Origin: Cirrosporium novae-zelandiae
Taxonomy: Eukaryota
Reading direction: 5' to 3'
Assembly: GCA_026023565.1 (NCBI GenBank)
Contig: JAPETS010000018.1
Location: forward strand, 434,001-498,000
Length of the DNA stretch: 64,000 nt
Made by a program: the position numbers and the translations under genes. The notes beneath the pieces are model-generated. The model was not told the origin of the DNA and ran no database searches. It saw only the letters and a program-made list of their open reading frames with translations. Shown here one piece after another: positions 39,102-52,359 of this stretch; positions within the stretch are counted from its first letter, which is position 1; every line of letters begins with the position of its first letter.

Positions 39102-42100
39102 ATGCCGAAAGGAAAGGGACGTCGAGGTGGAGACACAGGGAGCTCCAGAGGAGATGGAAATACAGGGAGCTTCAGAGGAGGTAGAGGTCGGGGAGAATAT
39201 CAAGGTGGTAGAGGTCGAGGAGAATATCAAGGTGGCAGAGGTCGGGGAGAATATCAAGGTGGCAGAGGTCGGGGAGAATATCAAGGTGGTAGAGGTCGAG
39301 GAGAATATCAAGGTGGTAGAGGTGGTGGACAGGGCCCACGTATAGTGCCAACCTCAACAGCCAAGATCTTTTTGTGAGTGTTCCCCTAACCTGTTGTTAC
39401 ACATGACAGTAAAAGTCCCAAACTAAGATGCTTATTTGTGTAATTAGGCATACCGCGGCCGATACTGCTAAAGTCGACCCTCAAGCCCAAACGATCGAGA
39501 ATGCCCTTCAAATATCTTATAAGCAGAATTCTAAAAAGGCAGATCTCGATTTGCGCCGTCCGCACAGACCTGGATATGGAACCCTTGGGAAGTCTGTCAT
39601 ACTTTGGGCAAATTATTTTGAATTGACCCCAACGAGAAACTTGGTCCTCCAGCGGTACAGTGTCGTGATCGAAAAGGACGAGAAGGGCAAGACGCCCAAA
39701 GGAGCCAAAGCAAAACGACTCATTCAACTACTTCTTGAAGATCATTTTGCCGAATCTATAAATAGCATTACAACAGACTATCAGGCTAATCTGGTCTGCA
39801 CATCGGAGCTCGCGATAGGTGAGCAACCCATCACTGTCCAATATAGAGCGGAGAACAAGGATCTGGATGGCAGTGAGCAAACATATCGGCTTCAAGTTCA
39901 ACACACGGGTGTATTATCAATTGCTGAGCTCATGGATTATCTTACTTCTACCAATGTGAGCACGCGTTATGATAAAGATGAAACGATACAAGCTCTGAAT
40001 ATCATGTTGGGCCATTACCCAAAAACAAACTTGTCCATCACATCTGTGGGTGCAAATAAGCACTTCCCTCTAGGCCAAGAGGTATACAACCTCTCATCAG
40101 GACTAGACGCCGTGAGAGGCTATTTCGTAAGTGTCCGGGCAGCGGCCTCGCGCCTTCTAATCAATGTCCAAGTCAAAAACCTTGCTTGTTTCCAAGCGGG
40201 GATCTTGTCTAATGTAGCAAGTCAAATGCCTTATGGCTCCAGGCTCGCATTCATGAAAGGGCTTCGTGTTAAGGTAACCCACCTCAGCAAGAAGAATAAA
40301 GCTGGCCAGGAGGTCCCAAGAATAAAAATTATTCACGGATTTGCAACCCCTCAAGATGGCCAAGGACTCCCGCATCCACCTAAGGTTTTGAAATTTGCTG
40401 CAGGACCAAAAGACGTGGAATTCTGGCTGGAAGGTGAAAAAGGTAAACAGTCAAGTGGGAAATCTAGAGCTGCGCCAGGCCGCTATATCTCGGTTTACGA
40501 CTATTTCTTCCAGTGTAAGCATTTTCTAATATTTAATACCTTTCTATTCTAACCAATCTGCAGTTCATAAAAGAACTCCTAATATAGTCATCCCGGTCGT
40601 CAATGTTAGAGATAGAAAGGACCCCAGCTATGTTCCCATGGAATATTGCGAGATTGTGCCTGGCCAACCTTCCAAGGGCAAATTAGACCCCAAGCAGACG
40701 GCGGCAATGATAGCCTTCGCTGTTCGGCCACCTGTAGCCAATGCCCAATCCATTGTCACCAAAGGACCTTCGGTCCTCGGCCTTAGCACTCTCGTGAGTT
40801 TTTCATGCTTCAGCATTTCATAAATCGGAAACTTACTTTTAAAGGAAAAACTTGGTATTTCCGTCGTACCAAGATTGATCGCTGTTCCTGGCCGAGTCTT
40901 GTCTGCCCCTGCGATCAGGTACAAAAACAAAGTAACCATGGTACCTAGAGACGCATCCTGGAACATGAGGCAAATTCAGTTCACTGCTGGAGCGAGAGTA
41001 CCCGCCTGGGCGTGGATAAATTTTGAAAAGAATAATGTTGCCAAGCAGTGGACGGGCCGTGATGGTACCCAAGTCACACTGGACGAATTCCGGGGAGTTT
41101 TGAATGCTAGTGGCCTCGATTGTCCTCGCTGGGTGATGGGCGACACCTACACGCTACCGAAACCAACCTCACGGATTGAAACCCCCCGTGACACGGAAGA
41201 AAACTTACAATTCATTGATGGCATTTTTGGTGGATTCGCGACAAGTCAATTCAGACCCAGGCTAATACTGGTTATTCTAGCAGACAATCAAGCAGCTGCT
41301 TACAAGCGCATCAAGTATTTGGGCGATATCAAATATGGAATCCATACTGTGTGCGCCATTGCCGAGAAATTTCGTGGTAGGCACCCGGGAGCTAACGCCC
41401 CGTATTTCGCCAATGTGGCGCTCAAATTTAACTTGAAGCTGGGGGGCGTGAACCAAGCTTTGGACCCAGATAAACTCAGGCTCATCAAAGATGGTAAAAC
41501 TATGGTTGTTGGACTTGACGTGACACATCCTTCGCCTGGGTCCTTGACTACTGCTCCCAGTGTAGCAGGTATAGTGGCCAGCGTTGACGCAAAACTTGGA
41601 CAGTGGCCGGCCGAGGTTAGGATCCAAAAGTCTCGGCAGGAGGAGATCTCCAATCTTGATCAACTGCTGAAACGTCGCCTGGTAGTGTGGAGAGAGAAGA
41701 ACAATAAACTGCCTGAAAATATCTTAGTCTATCGAGATGGCGTTTCTGAAGGACAATACAATATCGTTGTTGAAAATGAACTGCCTCAACTAAGAAAAGC
41801 ATGTTCTGGGCTTTATCAAAAGAACAAAGAACCAAGGTTTTCTATCATTATCGTCGGTAAACGACATCACACCCGGTTTTATGGCACAAAGGTGGACGAC
41901 GTGGACGGCAGGAGTTGCAACCCCAAAAACGGAACAGTTGTTGACCGCGGAGTCACTGAGCCTCGAAATTGGGACTTTTTTCTGCAAGCACATTCGGCAC
42001 AGCTGGGCACTGCTCGCCCTGCCCATTATTTCGTCGTTCTCGACGAAATCTTCCGCAAGCAACCAGTTCAACCACCACATCAAAGCGCAGCTGATGCCCT

Positions 42101-42347
42101 CGAAGATTTGACGCACAACATGTGCTATCTCTTCGGCCGTGCCACCAAGGCCGTGAGTGTATGCCCACCAGCATACTATGCGGATCTAGTTTGTGAGAGA
42201 GCCAGGTGTTACCTAAGCCGTTTCTTTGATAAAACACCTGAGCTAACCCCTGCTTCGAGTGTCACAGGGGATGCACATGAGCCACAAGCAGATCCTAGTG
42301 ATGTGGTTATTCATCCAAGCATAAAAGACACTATGTTTTATCTCTAA
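39102..42347 (+). CDS. Argonaute, QDE-2-like (N, L1, PAZ, MID, PIWI). Introns 39374-39447, 40515-40563, 40794-40844
   Basis: RRPHRPGYGTLGKSVILWANYFEL; RGYFVSVR; PAZ YISVYDYF..PVVNV..PSYVPMEYC; NVALKFNLKLGGVN; PIWI VGLDVTHPS, RQEEI, YRDGVSEGQ, GKRHHTRF, GTARPAHY, CPPAYYADL. All three introns splice in frame. Confidence 0.97.
39177..39311 (+). repeat. Five tandem 27-bp repeats encoding GGRGRGEYQ in Argonaute exon 1
   Basis: Unit ggWggYagaggtcgRggagaatatcaa x5, differing only at silent sites. Confidence 0.95.
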
Positions 42348-43558
42348 AGGTATTTGGGGAATTGGAGGAAGGTCAGAAAATATTCAAAGGAGATTATGTT
42401 TTATTTCCTTTTTTCGGGGTATTGCCTAACGGAAGAATTTCATGAGCTGTTTGATGATATGATTAGGATACCTTAATATACGCATGGTATTGTGCATTAG
42501 TTTTGTTGAAATGAAAATTATATCAAGTTTTGATAGGAATTTTTTTGTGTGTGCCTCCCGAAGATGGGATAAGATATTCGAGGTTGGTAAATTATTTATC
42601 GTAGTTTTCCTTGTTTGTGATGGGTATCTCTCTGTCTTAGATACTTGTGATTGACGAATTCTCGACGTAGGGGGACGACACAAGAATGTGAGGTGTAAGG
42701 TCTTTGGTTGGGGTAAGTAATTACCTAGGTAACTGCCTAGATATACATGGGATATATACCTAACCAACTAATATACCTAGGTAGTTGGCTACTTTTGAAA
42801 AGATCTACTCCTAGTTGGGTGATATTCTATACCTTAGACTATCTTATCTTATTTTATGATATGTCTAGCGTAAGTAGTAGTGATAAGGATAGTGATATCT
42901 GGATTTGTGAAATAGAATGAATAGAATTGAATAGAATTGATGGATGGGTTATTTAACTAGGTACCTAGGGATTTAGGGATTTGATCAGTTAGGTATTTGG
43001 GAGTTGGTAGGATGGACAGATGGATTTGAGGGGGTTGGAGTTGGAGTTGGGGAGGGTAGGCGGGGGGAAAGGTGGAAGGGGTAGAGGGTGGGGAGGAGGA
43101 TGAATGGATAGATGGATTGATGGATGGTATAGGCGTATAGTAACCAACTAATTAGATAAGTAAGTAACTGAATGGTATGGGGTCTAGACTACAGTATAGA
43201 ATATATCTATGACATTGATTTGACTTAATTCAACCAACCAACCAATTCATCAATCTGTTTTTATGGAGGCGGGGGGGTAAGAGCTTCTTGGAGGGAAAAG
43301 TCTTACCTATTGGGTGGTTGCTGAGCATAGGTCATTTTAGGGCAGGAAGTTCAGTGTTATGGTCCCCTAGTGACTGTAACAGGAGAGTTGGGAAGGGGAG
43401 GAAATTGTGGGGAATTGTGGGGATATGTAGGTAGGTAGGTAGATAGGCGTGGGAAGTTGTGGTATAGTAACGATGATACCAATATTTGGATTATATTTAT
43501 ACTCACACTCAAACCTCCTCCTCCTTCCCCCCTTCCTTCCCACACATTCCCAACTTAA

Positions 43559-45879
43559 TCACCCCCCCTTCCTAACAAGTCCCCAAGTCACAACTATCGA
43601 AATCGTAGCGCCTGCTAGGAGCGCAATCGAACAGCCATAGCTGATTTTGTAGTCGGGGCCGAATTTCGGTTGGTAGATTTGGGGGCCCTGGATGTGTTAG
43701 TGAATGGGCGGGGGGGTGAGGGAGAAGGAAGGGCTGTGGAAGTGGGGGCGGGGGAGGGATATAGTACATACCACGATTCCCATTAATTGTGCCATTGCCT
43801 ATGGAATTAGCGAGATTGTTAGCGGAAAGAGTGAGTTAGGGCATGTAAGTAGGTGGTGGACTCACGTTGGTGAAACCGATGGCTAGACCTGCCGTGGTTG
43901 TTCCTTTGGCGGCACGGATTCGTTCTATGGATGAGTGGGTGGGTGAGTATGGTTATTTTATGCCATAAATCTTCTTGTTTCAAGTTTTTTTTATGTATTG
44001 TTATATGGGAAGATTTAGCTTACCGGGCCAGACGATAGGATATAAAGCCGATGTTGCAGCCGTGGCGATTATTAGGATTATGTATTTTGCGACGGGGTTG
44101 GTGAGGGTGAGGAGGAGAATGTAGCAAATTATTTGGGTGGTTTCCACTAGGTTGTGGGGATGGTTAGGATATAATATGGGCGGTTTGAAGGGGAGGGGAG
44201 GGGTTTACGGCTTATAGCTGCTATCCAGCAACTCAGTATCTTTTGTTGGATTAAAGATCCCAAAATTAGCAGAATGATGAGGGCTAAAGTGTATGGTGGC
44301 TATATCGATCATGAGCTTTACATTTGTGTAAATGGTAAACTTAGAGGAGAGAGGAGACTCACCAATGTCATCAGCTGAGATATAGCAGTATCCGAAATCC
44401 CAAGCTCATAGATGACCGTCGGAATCACCAATGTAATCCCCCAGCCGCCGATTCCGTGGAATACCCAGACCATTGTGAACGGAATGAAGGTGGGGTTTCG
44501 GAGAAGTAATTTTATTTGGGATAAGTTGAAGGTTTTGGCTTTCATTGTTGGGGCTTGTGGAGGGAGGTCGGCGAGAATGGCATCCCGTTCTGGCGGGGAG
44601 AGGAACTTAACGGTTTCGGGATCTATGTTAGGATGGTTAGAGAGAAAGAGAAGTGGTGGGTTGGGGAGGAGAGGTGGGCTGACAGTTTGGGAGCTGGAAG
44701 TAGGTGTAGCCGCCGCAGAGAATGATGGGAAGACCTTCTAGAATAAAGACCTAAGTGGTTTGAGCGTTAGCTTGTTAAACAGAAGATAGATGGGGTATTT
44801 TGTTCCAAGCAAGCAACTTCAAGCTAAATTATAAAAAAAACTGGATCTGTCAATCTCATTTTGAGACTTCTGGAGAAAGCTATTTCTAGAATCCACAGGC
44901 CAGTCCAAGTAACTTGGACAAGTGTTTTACGAAAGCTGAATTGTCAGGACTTACCCATCTCCATCCAGCAAGACCCCCAGCCCCATTGATGAACGATATC
45001 GCATATGCTATATCGATAATTAGATGATACCCAAAATATTCATTGCGGTTATCTCACCAAGCAACCCACTAATAGTTCCAGAAAACACACCGCAAGAGTA
45101 GAAGAATGCCTGATGCATATTAGTAGTAAGCACATGGAGGGAATAGAGTAGGGAACGTACGACTCGAAACGGAAGTCTATGTGTCGGATACCAGAAACTG
45201 AGATGGTACCTATAAGATATAAGTGGTCGAACAGATTATCATAAGTAACATGTACTCGTACTTACAGAACTCCTGGGTAGTAGCCTGCCTCTGCTAACCC
45301 TAGGAAGAAACGGCACGCTAAAATACCGCTATAATTCTGTGTTGCTCCTTGACACATAGATATTATACCCTATCTCGACTATGTGTCAGCAAACTGTGGC
45401 ACAACTGCTAGACGTGAAGATTACCCATGTCAGCATGATTCTTGACATCCAAACATTTGGATTAAATCTCTTGATCATCATGGTCGAAAGAGGTTCGAAG
45501 AACATATATGGATAACTGTATGGACTTAGTATGAATATCATAACCATGCAGTCATGATTGCTGCTCACTAAAAGATGCTCAACACCCATGCCCACTGCTC
45601 GCTTGACAGATTTCCAAGCTGTTTTTTGATCCCGTCTCCCTCTTCGAGATTGATTATGGCGGTATTAGAGATATTTGTGGCATGAACTCGCATGATCAGA
45701 TAAACAAAGGAGTACCACGCTAATAATCGTTTATCAACCTTTCTATGAGCAGCACGGAGAATCGCCTCATCATCTGCATCTTCCGAAAAAGAACCAGTTG
45801 ATACAGATATAGGAACCGAAAGGGTGCCATCAGCTTTACGTTCAGCTTTCCTCTTAGAAGCAGCTTCTAAATCGGACAT
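43559..45879 (-). CDS. MFS transporter, Dal5/allantoate-nicotinate permease (ACS) family, many introns
   Basis: HRKVDKRLL..YSFVYLIMR...NISNTAIIN..GIKKQLG, YPYMFFEP.ST..IKRFNP.VWMSRIM.TW, RFFLGLAEAGYYPGV, SFWYP, GLAGWRW, QGPQIYQPKFGPDYKISY; stop TGA at 43559-43561. Confidence 0.88.
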
Positions 45880-46599
45880 CTTCTTCGTAAGATGGACTAA
45901 TTTTCCAAGAAAAAATGCAGAGCGCGTATTTCTACCGAAACGATATGTTTTAGCGGTGCAGGAAGGTCTTAGGAGAATACAATGAGGCCTCCGAGGGATT
46001 TTATCAAAGACCCTCGTTTATATAAGGCCCTTCCAACTGTGGGCATCTCTTATGGCGACATCATGAATCGCCAAGTTCCTGGTGGTAGATAGGATATAGC
46101 TTCTCTACCCTAAGATCCAGATCTCTTAGTAATTGCATCAAAAGCCGTGATATGACGAATATCTTTTCCATATAAATTCCATGTCTATCATGATAATGAT
46201 AGTGGATTACATCCACCCCACATGCAAGATAGTGACCCTTTGTCAAATAAAAATTCCTAGAATCGATGTTGCGTGGTTATGCATATTCATACTCCTTTTT
46301 GTGAGGGGTATATCTGGTTCAGGGATCTTCATGGCTTCAATAGGTGTGTTTCTGGTGGTTGTTCAGGGTTAAGAGACCTTGACTTATCACGTCATCTTAG
46401 CGTAGAAAGTATCAACTTCGGAGCTCCAGTACGGCCCGATTGGAAATAGAGATTAGAAACGAAGATAGGAAATTGCGGGGAACATCTAATAAAATTCCGC
46501 GGGGAGCTATTTAAATCCAGCTGGATTGTTGTTGAGAGTAAACCTTAGGGTATCCAAAACATTGTCCTTGATCTCAAGTTGAACCATCGAGTATCCAAT

Positions 46600-47968
46600 A
46601 TGCCATCCGCAGTGCCTCAAGTAAAACCGCTTGAAAAATGGCATCGTCCAGGCAAGACGACTTACAATTTGCCTTGGGCTGATCTGTCGGTTATTGATCT
46701 TTCCACTTTTGATGAGCCTGGCGGGAAGGAAGCTTTAGCAACGCAGCTTCGGGATGCTGTAAGATATACATAAGTTATGCATTGCTTCTCAAAGGGAATT
46801 GGCCTGACCCGTGAGTTCAATGCAGGTACATCGCGATGGATTTTTCAGTGTCATTGGGCATGGCTTCACTGAAGAAGAAATCGAAAGGCAATTCAGTATA
46901 GGGCAGGCATTTTTCGCTCAGCCATTGGAAGAGAAGAGTCGAGCAGAGTCAAGATGTAACTTTGATCAAGGAAATTATTTTGGTTATCGAGCTGTGAGAA
47001 CCCCAATTTAGATGCAGAACTTAATTTGAGAGTAAGGAGATTGATGATTATACTTTAGCCGTTTGAAAGAACTGTAATGGGCACCGATGTCTTGGATAAT
47101 GTGGAATCTGTGTGCATCCCCATATGACTATGAGCCCTCAAAGGCTAACACTAATCAAGATCAACATACCAAAGTTCATACCGGAATTGGAGAATGAACC
47201 CCACCACCCATTTTTAAAGCCGTTTGAGGCTGAGATTGAAGACTTTTCCAGAGTATGTCTCAACCAAAAACAAGCTGCTCCATAATTTATACTAGGAATA
47301 ATTGCTAACTTCCTGACTTCTATGTTCATTAGAGATCCTGGGAAGTAGCTCGAAAGGTCATGGTCCTCTGTGCTATTGTTCTCGAAATTCCAGAGGATTT
47401 CTTTGTTTCACGGCATTTGTATGAGAGCAAGAGTGATGATCATCTCCGCTATATGATGTATCGAAAGAGGCGTCAAGAAGATGACATTAAGGTCCAGAAT
47501 ACCTGGGCCCGCAGTCATACAGACTTTGGATCGCTGACACTCCTCTGGAGCCAAAATGTTGTAGCATTGCAAATTAGGACACACCAAGGGGACTGGAAAT
47601 ATGTCCGTCCAATTGACGGGAGCATTGTGTGTAACATTGCCGATACACTCTCCTTTTGGTCAGCCGGCTATCTCAAATCCACTATTCATCGTGTGGTGCG
47701 TCCGCCGCCAGATCAGGACAATATTGACCGACTTGGCCTGCTGTATTTTGTCAGACCAGCAAATGATGCTGACATTGTCCCGGCACCGTCTCCATTGTTG
47801 AAAAGGCTTGGTCTAGTCACAGAGGAGGAACAGCATGCAGAACCAGTTAAAGGTCTTGAATATGTCCGCTCGCGAGTGAAAGAGTTCCACAATCGCAAAG
47901 ACCTTAACAGCAGGCCCGGAGAGAAACTTAAAGTTGGCAACTTGGAGGTTGAACTAGAGGTTATTTGA
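46600..47968 (+). CDS. 2-oxoglutarate/Fe(II)-dependent oxygenase (IPNS/DIOX_N-type), spliced
   Basis: LPWADLSVIDLSTFD, GFFSVIGHG, HxD in RSHTDFGSLTLLWSQ, distal His in KSTIHRVV, RLGLLYF. Confidence 0.92.
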
Positions 47969-48281
47969 ATTATATCATGCTGTAGGAGATAAGTATACAA
48001 AACATAAGAGAGACATATCCGAAGTCAACACGGTTGAATTTTTTGGTTTGTATCATCGTCAAGGGTTAAGTTTTGTTAAGAAACGCGCCCCTAATTATAA
48101 AAAACCGCTTGTTCTCGAGTTGTCCTAGTGGTAATTTTCGGGTAATGTTACCAAGAACCCAAACCAGAAATACCCAACATCACAACAGAATATAAAATCC
48201 AAAGACCATCTTTTCATAACTTGGTTTTGACTCCAAAGTCTCTTCATGATCTTCATTATTTCATTATCTTGACCATTTAAT

Positions 48282-49362
48282 CTATGCTTTGGCATATGGA
48301 TCATTGTTATATTTCTCATAATCATGTCCCATACTCAAGCCCATTCGACCATTTTCGGTTCTCAATCTTCCCCTTCTAGCATCCACAAGGGGGCTAGTCC
48401 ATTTCTTTTCCCCGTCTTTGTCTTTGACTAGGTGGGAGGTAGCACCTAAAGATGCAATAATAAGCAAAATCTCCATCAAATAACCTTTTGCATGATAGAT
48501 ATTGAAAGAAGCTTGGGAGAAGGGGGGGAGACATACCAAGCCCGGTTGGCTTAAAGTTGATGTATATGCCTTCCCAGTTTCCATTAGGCACACTATAAAC
48601 CTCGTGGCTGATCCCAATATGGTTGACCTTTCCCGCAGCGGAAACCTTATTCCACCAATTCCAGCCCTCCCGATGAGCTTCCTCGTTTGCAAATTTGGCC
48701 AAATATTCTAGGGATCGGAAGTACAAAATAACTACCATTTCTGAAAGGGTCGATCGGTCGGAGGTGTTGATATTGGTACTGGCTCCCAAAAACCCAAAGT
48801 ATTCGGCTCGGTTATCGAGCTCGCGATACATGCTCTCGGAGTAGTCGTTGAGCTCCTTTGCACCGGGAGCTAATATCCCGAGAGGGCTTTCGTCGTGGTG
48901 AAACAGGGGGTCAGGAATGCATTCTAATAAAAATGATCAAGATCAAACAACGCAGAAAAAAACTCACTGGCTAATTCTAGCTGTTAAATGCACGACGCAA
49001 ACCTCACCACCACAGGGAGAGACATCCTCCTGGTCACCACCAAATCCACCATCCTCCTCACTGGGGATAACCGGAGCCCATTTACCATCCAAAACCCCAT
49101 CCATATATGTATTCCTCTTCAGCCCAACCACCATCAATAATTGATTAAGCATCTTGACACCTAGGATGAAGAACACAACAACCACCGCATACTTTCTGGT
49201 TATGGGAAGCAGCGTCAAGATACTCTGCAATGCTGCACCGAAGAGAACCCATGTCCCGGTTTCAAAATGATCACGGAGGAGCTGGCCTCCACGAGCCTTG
49301 CCGGCGAACTGTGAGCGAGGTCGCTTTGAGACTGCATTCGGGAAAGCGGGAGTGAATGCCAT
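48282..49362 (-). CDS. DUF4188-like fungal monooxygenase-type protein with N-terminal membrane segment. Introns 48887-48967, 48446-48536
   Basis: Spliced frame ARISHPLGILAPGAKEL..FGFLG..YFRSLEYL.KFA....HREGWNWW....HIGISHEVY.VP.G.WEGIY.NF.PTGLGAT..SPLVDA.RG. Confidence 0.8.
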
Positions 49363-50204
49363 TGTTGATGATGAAGAAATGGGACTATTAGGAACAAGTT
49401 GAGCCAAAAAAAAAAAACTGGTTTTGCGAAAATGGGGTTTTCAAGGCTGGATGGTCTGTTTCTTTATTATGTTTTTAACAACTACGGTCTCTAATCTAGG
49501 ACTTCAGAGCGATTTATTACCCATATCTAACAGAGGATTATTATCCTAGAGCTGACTAATGATATATTCCGAAATAAATGATACGTCTACGTAGCACAAA
49601 TGATTAATATTTTAGGGCTGACACAACAACAACCTAACTAGCCACGGGAGGAGAAGAAAAAGTCGCTATTACAAAAAACTAGCAACATGATTGGAATGCT
49701 TCGTGGAGGGGCTTAATAAATTAATATGAAAATAAAATTGGTGGAAGGGAATGGGACTCGGTCAGGTCTGACAGATGGGTGAGCAGGATGGTAGGAAGGA
49801 AAGCGTCATACATAATAACTATTTAGGTAGTCTAGTGCGATGTCGAGAGGAAGAGAGAGAGAGGGAGGATTCTTACAGGGAATTTAACGACTTTTTAGGC
49901 GATCATTGATCCTAGCCAGGTAGTTGTTACCTTCTTGTCCTGTCTTGGCTCTAATCAGTCTCAATCCCAATCCCAGTCTGTCAATTGTATATATACTATA
50001 CTCTATTGGGTATTCTTTGCTACCTTACTTAGACTACTAACCCACAAAATATTGTTAGAAGAGGAGAGGAGATGGATAGAATGGAATGGAATTGAGAGCT
50101 ATTGCTTAAGTCATTCATTCATTTGCTTAACCTAACTAACTTCCTGCCTGCCTGCAGGATACAATGATAAATATATATATATCTATATAGTCCCATTTAC
50201 TTAC

Positions 50205-52359
50205 TTAATCCGCCTCCCCCCCACTCACCAATCTCCTAGCCAAATCCTGAGAAAATCCACACATAGTCAAAGTAGGGTTCCAGCTTCCCGCTGTTGGGAA
50301 AATAGCTCCGCCGGTAACAAACTTGATATCAACCACACCAATATCAGTAAATAAATCTTCCAAATAAAAGAAGAAGAAAGCAAGCAAAGGATTGGGACGT
50401 TGAAGCGAGTGAGTGAGTTTACTTACGATATTCCTGCATCCATGTGGTCGATATAATTCATCTAAACTGCCCCGTTTGTCTGCAGGTCCTACATAGGCGG
50501 TACTAGCTTCGTGTACGACCCCTGGGATTCTGATATCGGCGACCTCGGGGCGATCCATTTGCCATGTATGGTTGGTCTCGTCCCAATACTCTACCTGGTC
50601 CGGCGTGCCGGCCATGACATCAATGGTCTGATATGTCGCCTGGTCCATGAGGTCCCAGAGTTTATGGTCATCAGGTGCGAGCGTGTATTGGAGCGTGATG
50701 TTGCTGGTTGGACCTGGGTTCTTGGGGTTACTGTGGATCCAGGAGTCGGGATTGTTCTCGGTGAACTCTCCGAGAGTCGCACATACTAAACACTACGTGT
50801 TAACTGTTTTGTCGTAGGAAATACTGCATATGTCTACCTACCAAATACAACGTACTCTTCCGACCCGGCTAGTTGTGCCGCGGTGGCAGCGGCAGCATAG
50901 TCTGGGCACTCACGGGCGGCATCTTCAGCGTCCTGGTTTGGATCTGGACTATGGATTGCCGTAATCTGAACATGGTATTGACACTTTGTATCTGGATGTT
51001 CACCAGCAAGATAGTGTGCTGCAATTTCCAGTTTGCAGGGCTGATCTGAGTTCTTAATCTTATCCGACCAGGGGCCGAAGGCTGAGATAGGGACCCTTGC
51101 TGCTATATGCGTGAGAAAGTGGCCAGTGATGCGCTTGCCAACAGTTGTCTGTAAATCGGGGAAGGAGTCCATCAAAAGAGTTGCATTTGGGAAAGCCTGT
51201 AGATAATATCAGTTTATTTTCGTCTCTATTTGATAGCCACGCTGACTTACACCTGCACAAAGAATAACTTTTGTATTGTCATTCGCCCAAGCTAGTGTTC
51301 CCTGGTTCGTTTGGATCGCTCGGATTATCCCATCGTCACTTACTTCAAGGCCTTGAACTACACAATTGAGCATAATTTCTAACGGAGCTACATCTCCGGT
51401 TTTCGCTTTGAGTCGCTAAGACTCAACAACGCCGAGAAGAGGCCCAGGTACAGAAAACTTATTGAAGCGTAGAGTTGATGTCGGACTTCTTCTACCTACG
51501 GCCAGCTGGGCTGCCTCGCTTATGTTGGCAGATGGGATGGCCTTGACAGGAAGCCCAAGTCTTTGATCAATCTTTTCTTGGAGTCCAGCAAAGATAGTGT
51601 CATCAATATCGGCAGCACCAGTGACGTTGAGGAGCTCTTTTGCTCGTTTCCAAAACACAGGGTCTTTTGTTGTATTTTTCATACTTTCAGGAAAGTCCCG
51701 CATCAGGCCAAGAGTTGGTTGAGGCGACCAAGCAGACCAAAAGGTTGATCTTCCGCCGAAGAAAGGGCAGGATCTATGGCAAAACTTGATTTCAGGGGCC
51801 TTGTATGTTTTTGTTGAGAGGGTCCAAGGAAAGGTCTTTGAAGGCCCACCGAGTACTATCTTGAATGGTAGAGGTAGATTCTGAAAATGCGAAGGTAGCC
51901 AGAAATCTATCGAATATTAATTACCGTAGCTTCATAAAAATTTCATAAAACAAACCGCCACGTTCCAAGCATAAAATCCTCTTATTTGGATCCAAGCGAA
52001 GGGTCTCCTCAATAAAGGCGAGGGCAGTACACCCAGATACAATGACAATATAGTCAAACTCCCCATGATCCAAAATGCTCCCCCAAGTTGCATTGCTGAA
52101 AGTCTTAGTTAATTTGGCAACAAGTCGGGTACCACAACATATTCAACTTACCTAACGAAATAATTTTTAGTCATTACAGATGTTGCGCTTGGACTCTGTA
52201 CTCCAGGGACTGGAAACCCATATTCCTGTACAGGCCCTCTATCTTTTGGTTTTGGTGCTGAAGTGACTTTCTGAGGTGGTTTCCAACCCGACAGTGGAAA
52301 CTGTCCTGGATATCGTGTGGGACTGCAAGAAAGTCTGGAGTAGATAGGGGGGAAGCCAT
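50205..52359 (-). pseudogene. GMC-family (pyranose oxidase-like) FAD oxidoreductase with disabling lesions
   Basis: Motifs FDYIVIVSGCTA..ILCLERG, FFGGRSTFWSAW, KVILCAG, GVVHEAST, VTGGAIFPTAGSWNPTLT. An in-frame TAG at 51416-51418 interrupts otherwise continuous coding sequence, and the ATG at 52359 is out of frame with the rest of exon 1. Confidence 0.75.

Noticed and set aside
39177..39311. CRISPR-like appearance of regular repeats
   Set aside because: No unique spacers, the repeats are coding, and the context is eukaryotic.
39018..39357. Alternative-frame ORFs over the Argonaute repeat (VEVGENIKV, IFSPTSATL, LDILPDLCH repeats)
   Set aside because: By-products of a stop-free 27-bp unit. 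Only the GGRGRGEYQ frame starts at an ATG, splices into Argonaute and confines variation to silent sites.
42700..43330. Short palindromes (tacctaggta) and purine-rich runs downstream of Argonaute
   Set aside because: Low-complexity convergent intergenic sequence with no defined termini, so no element could be delimited.
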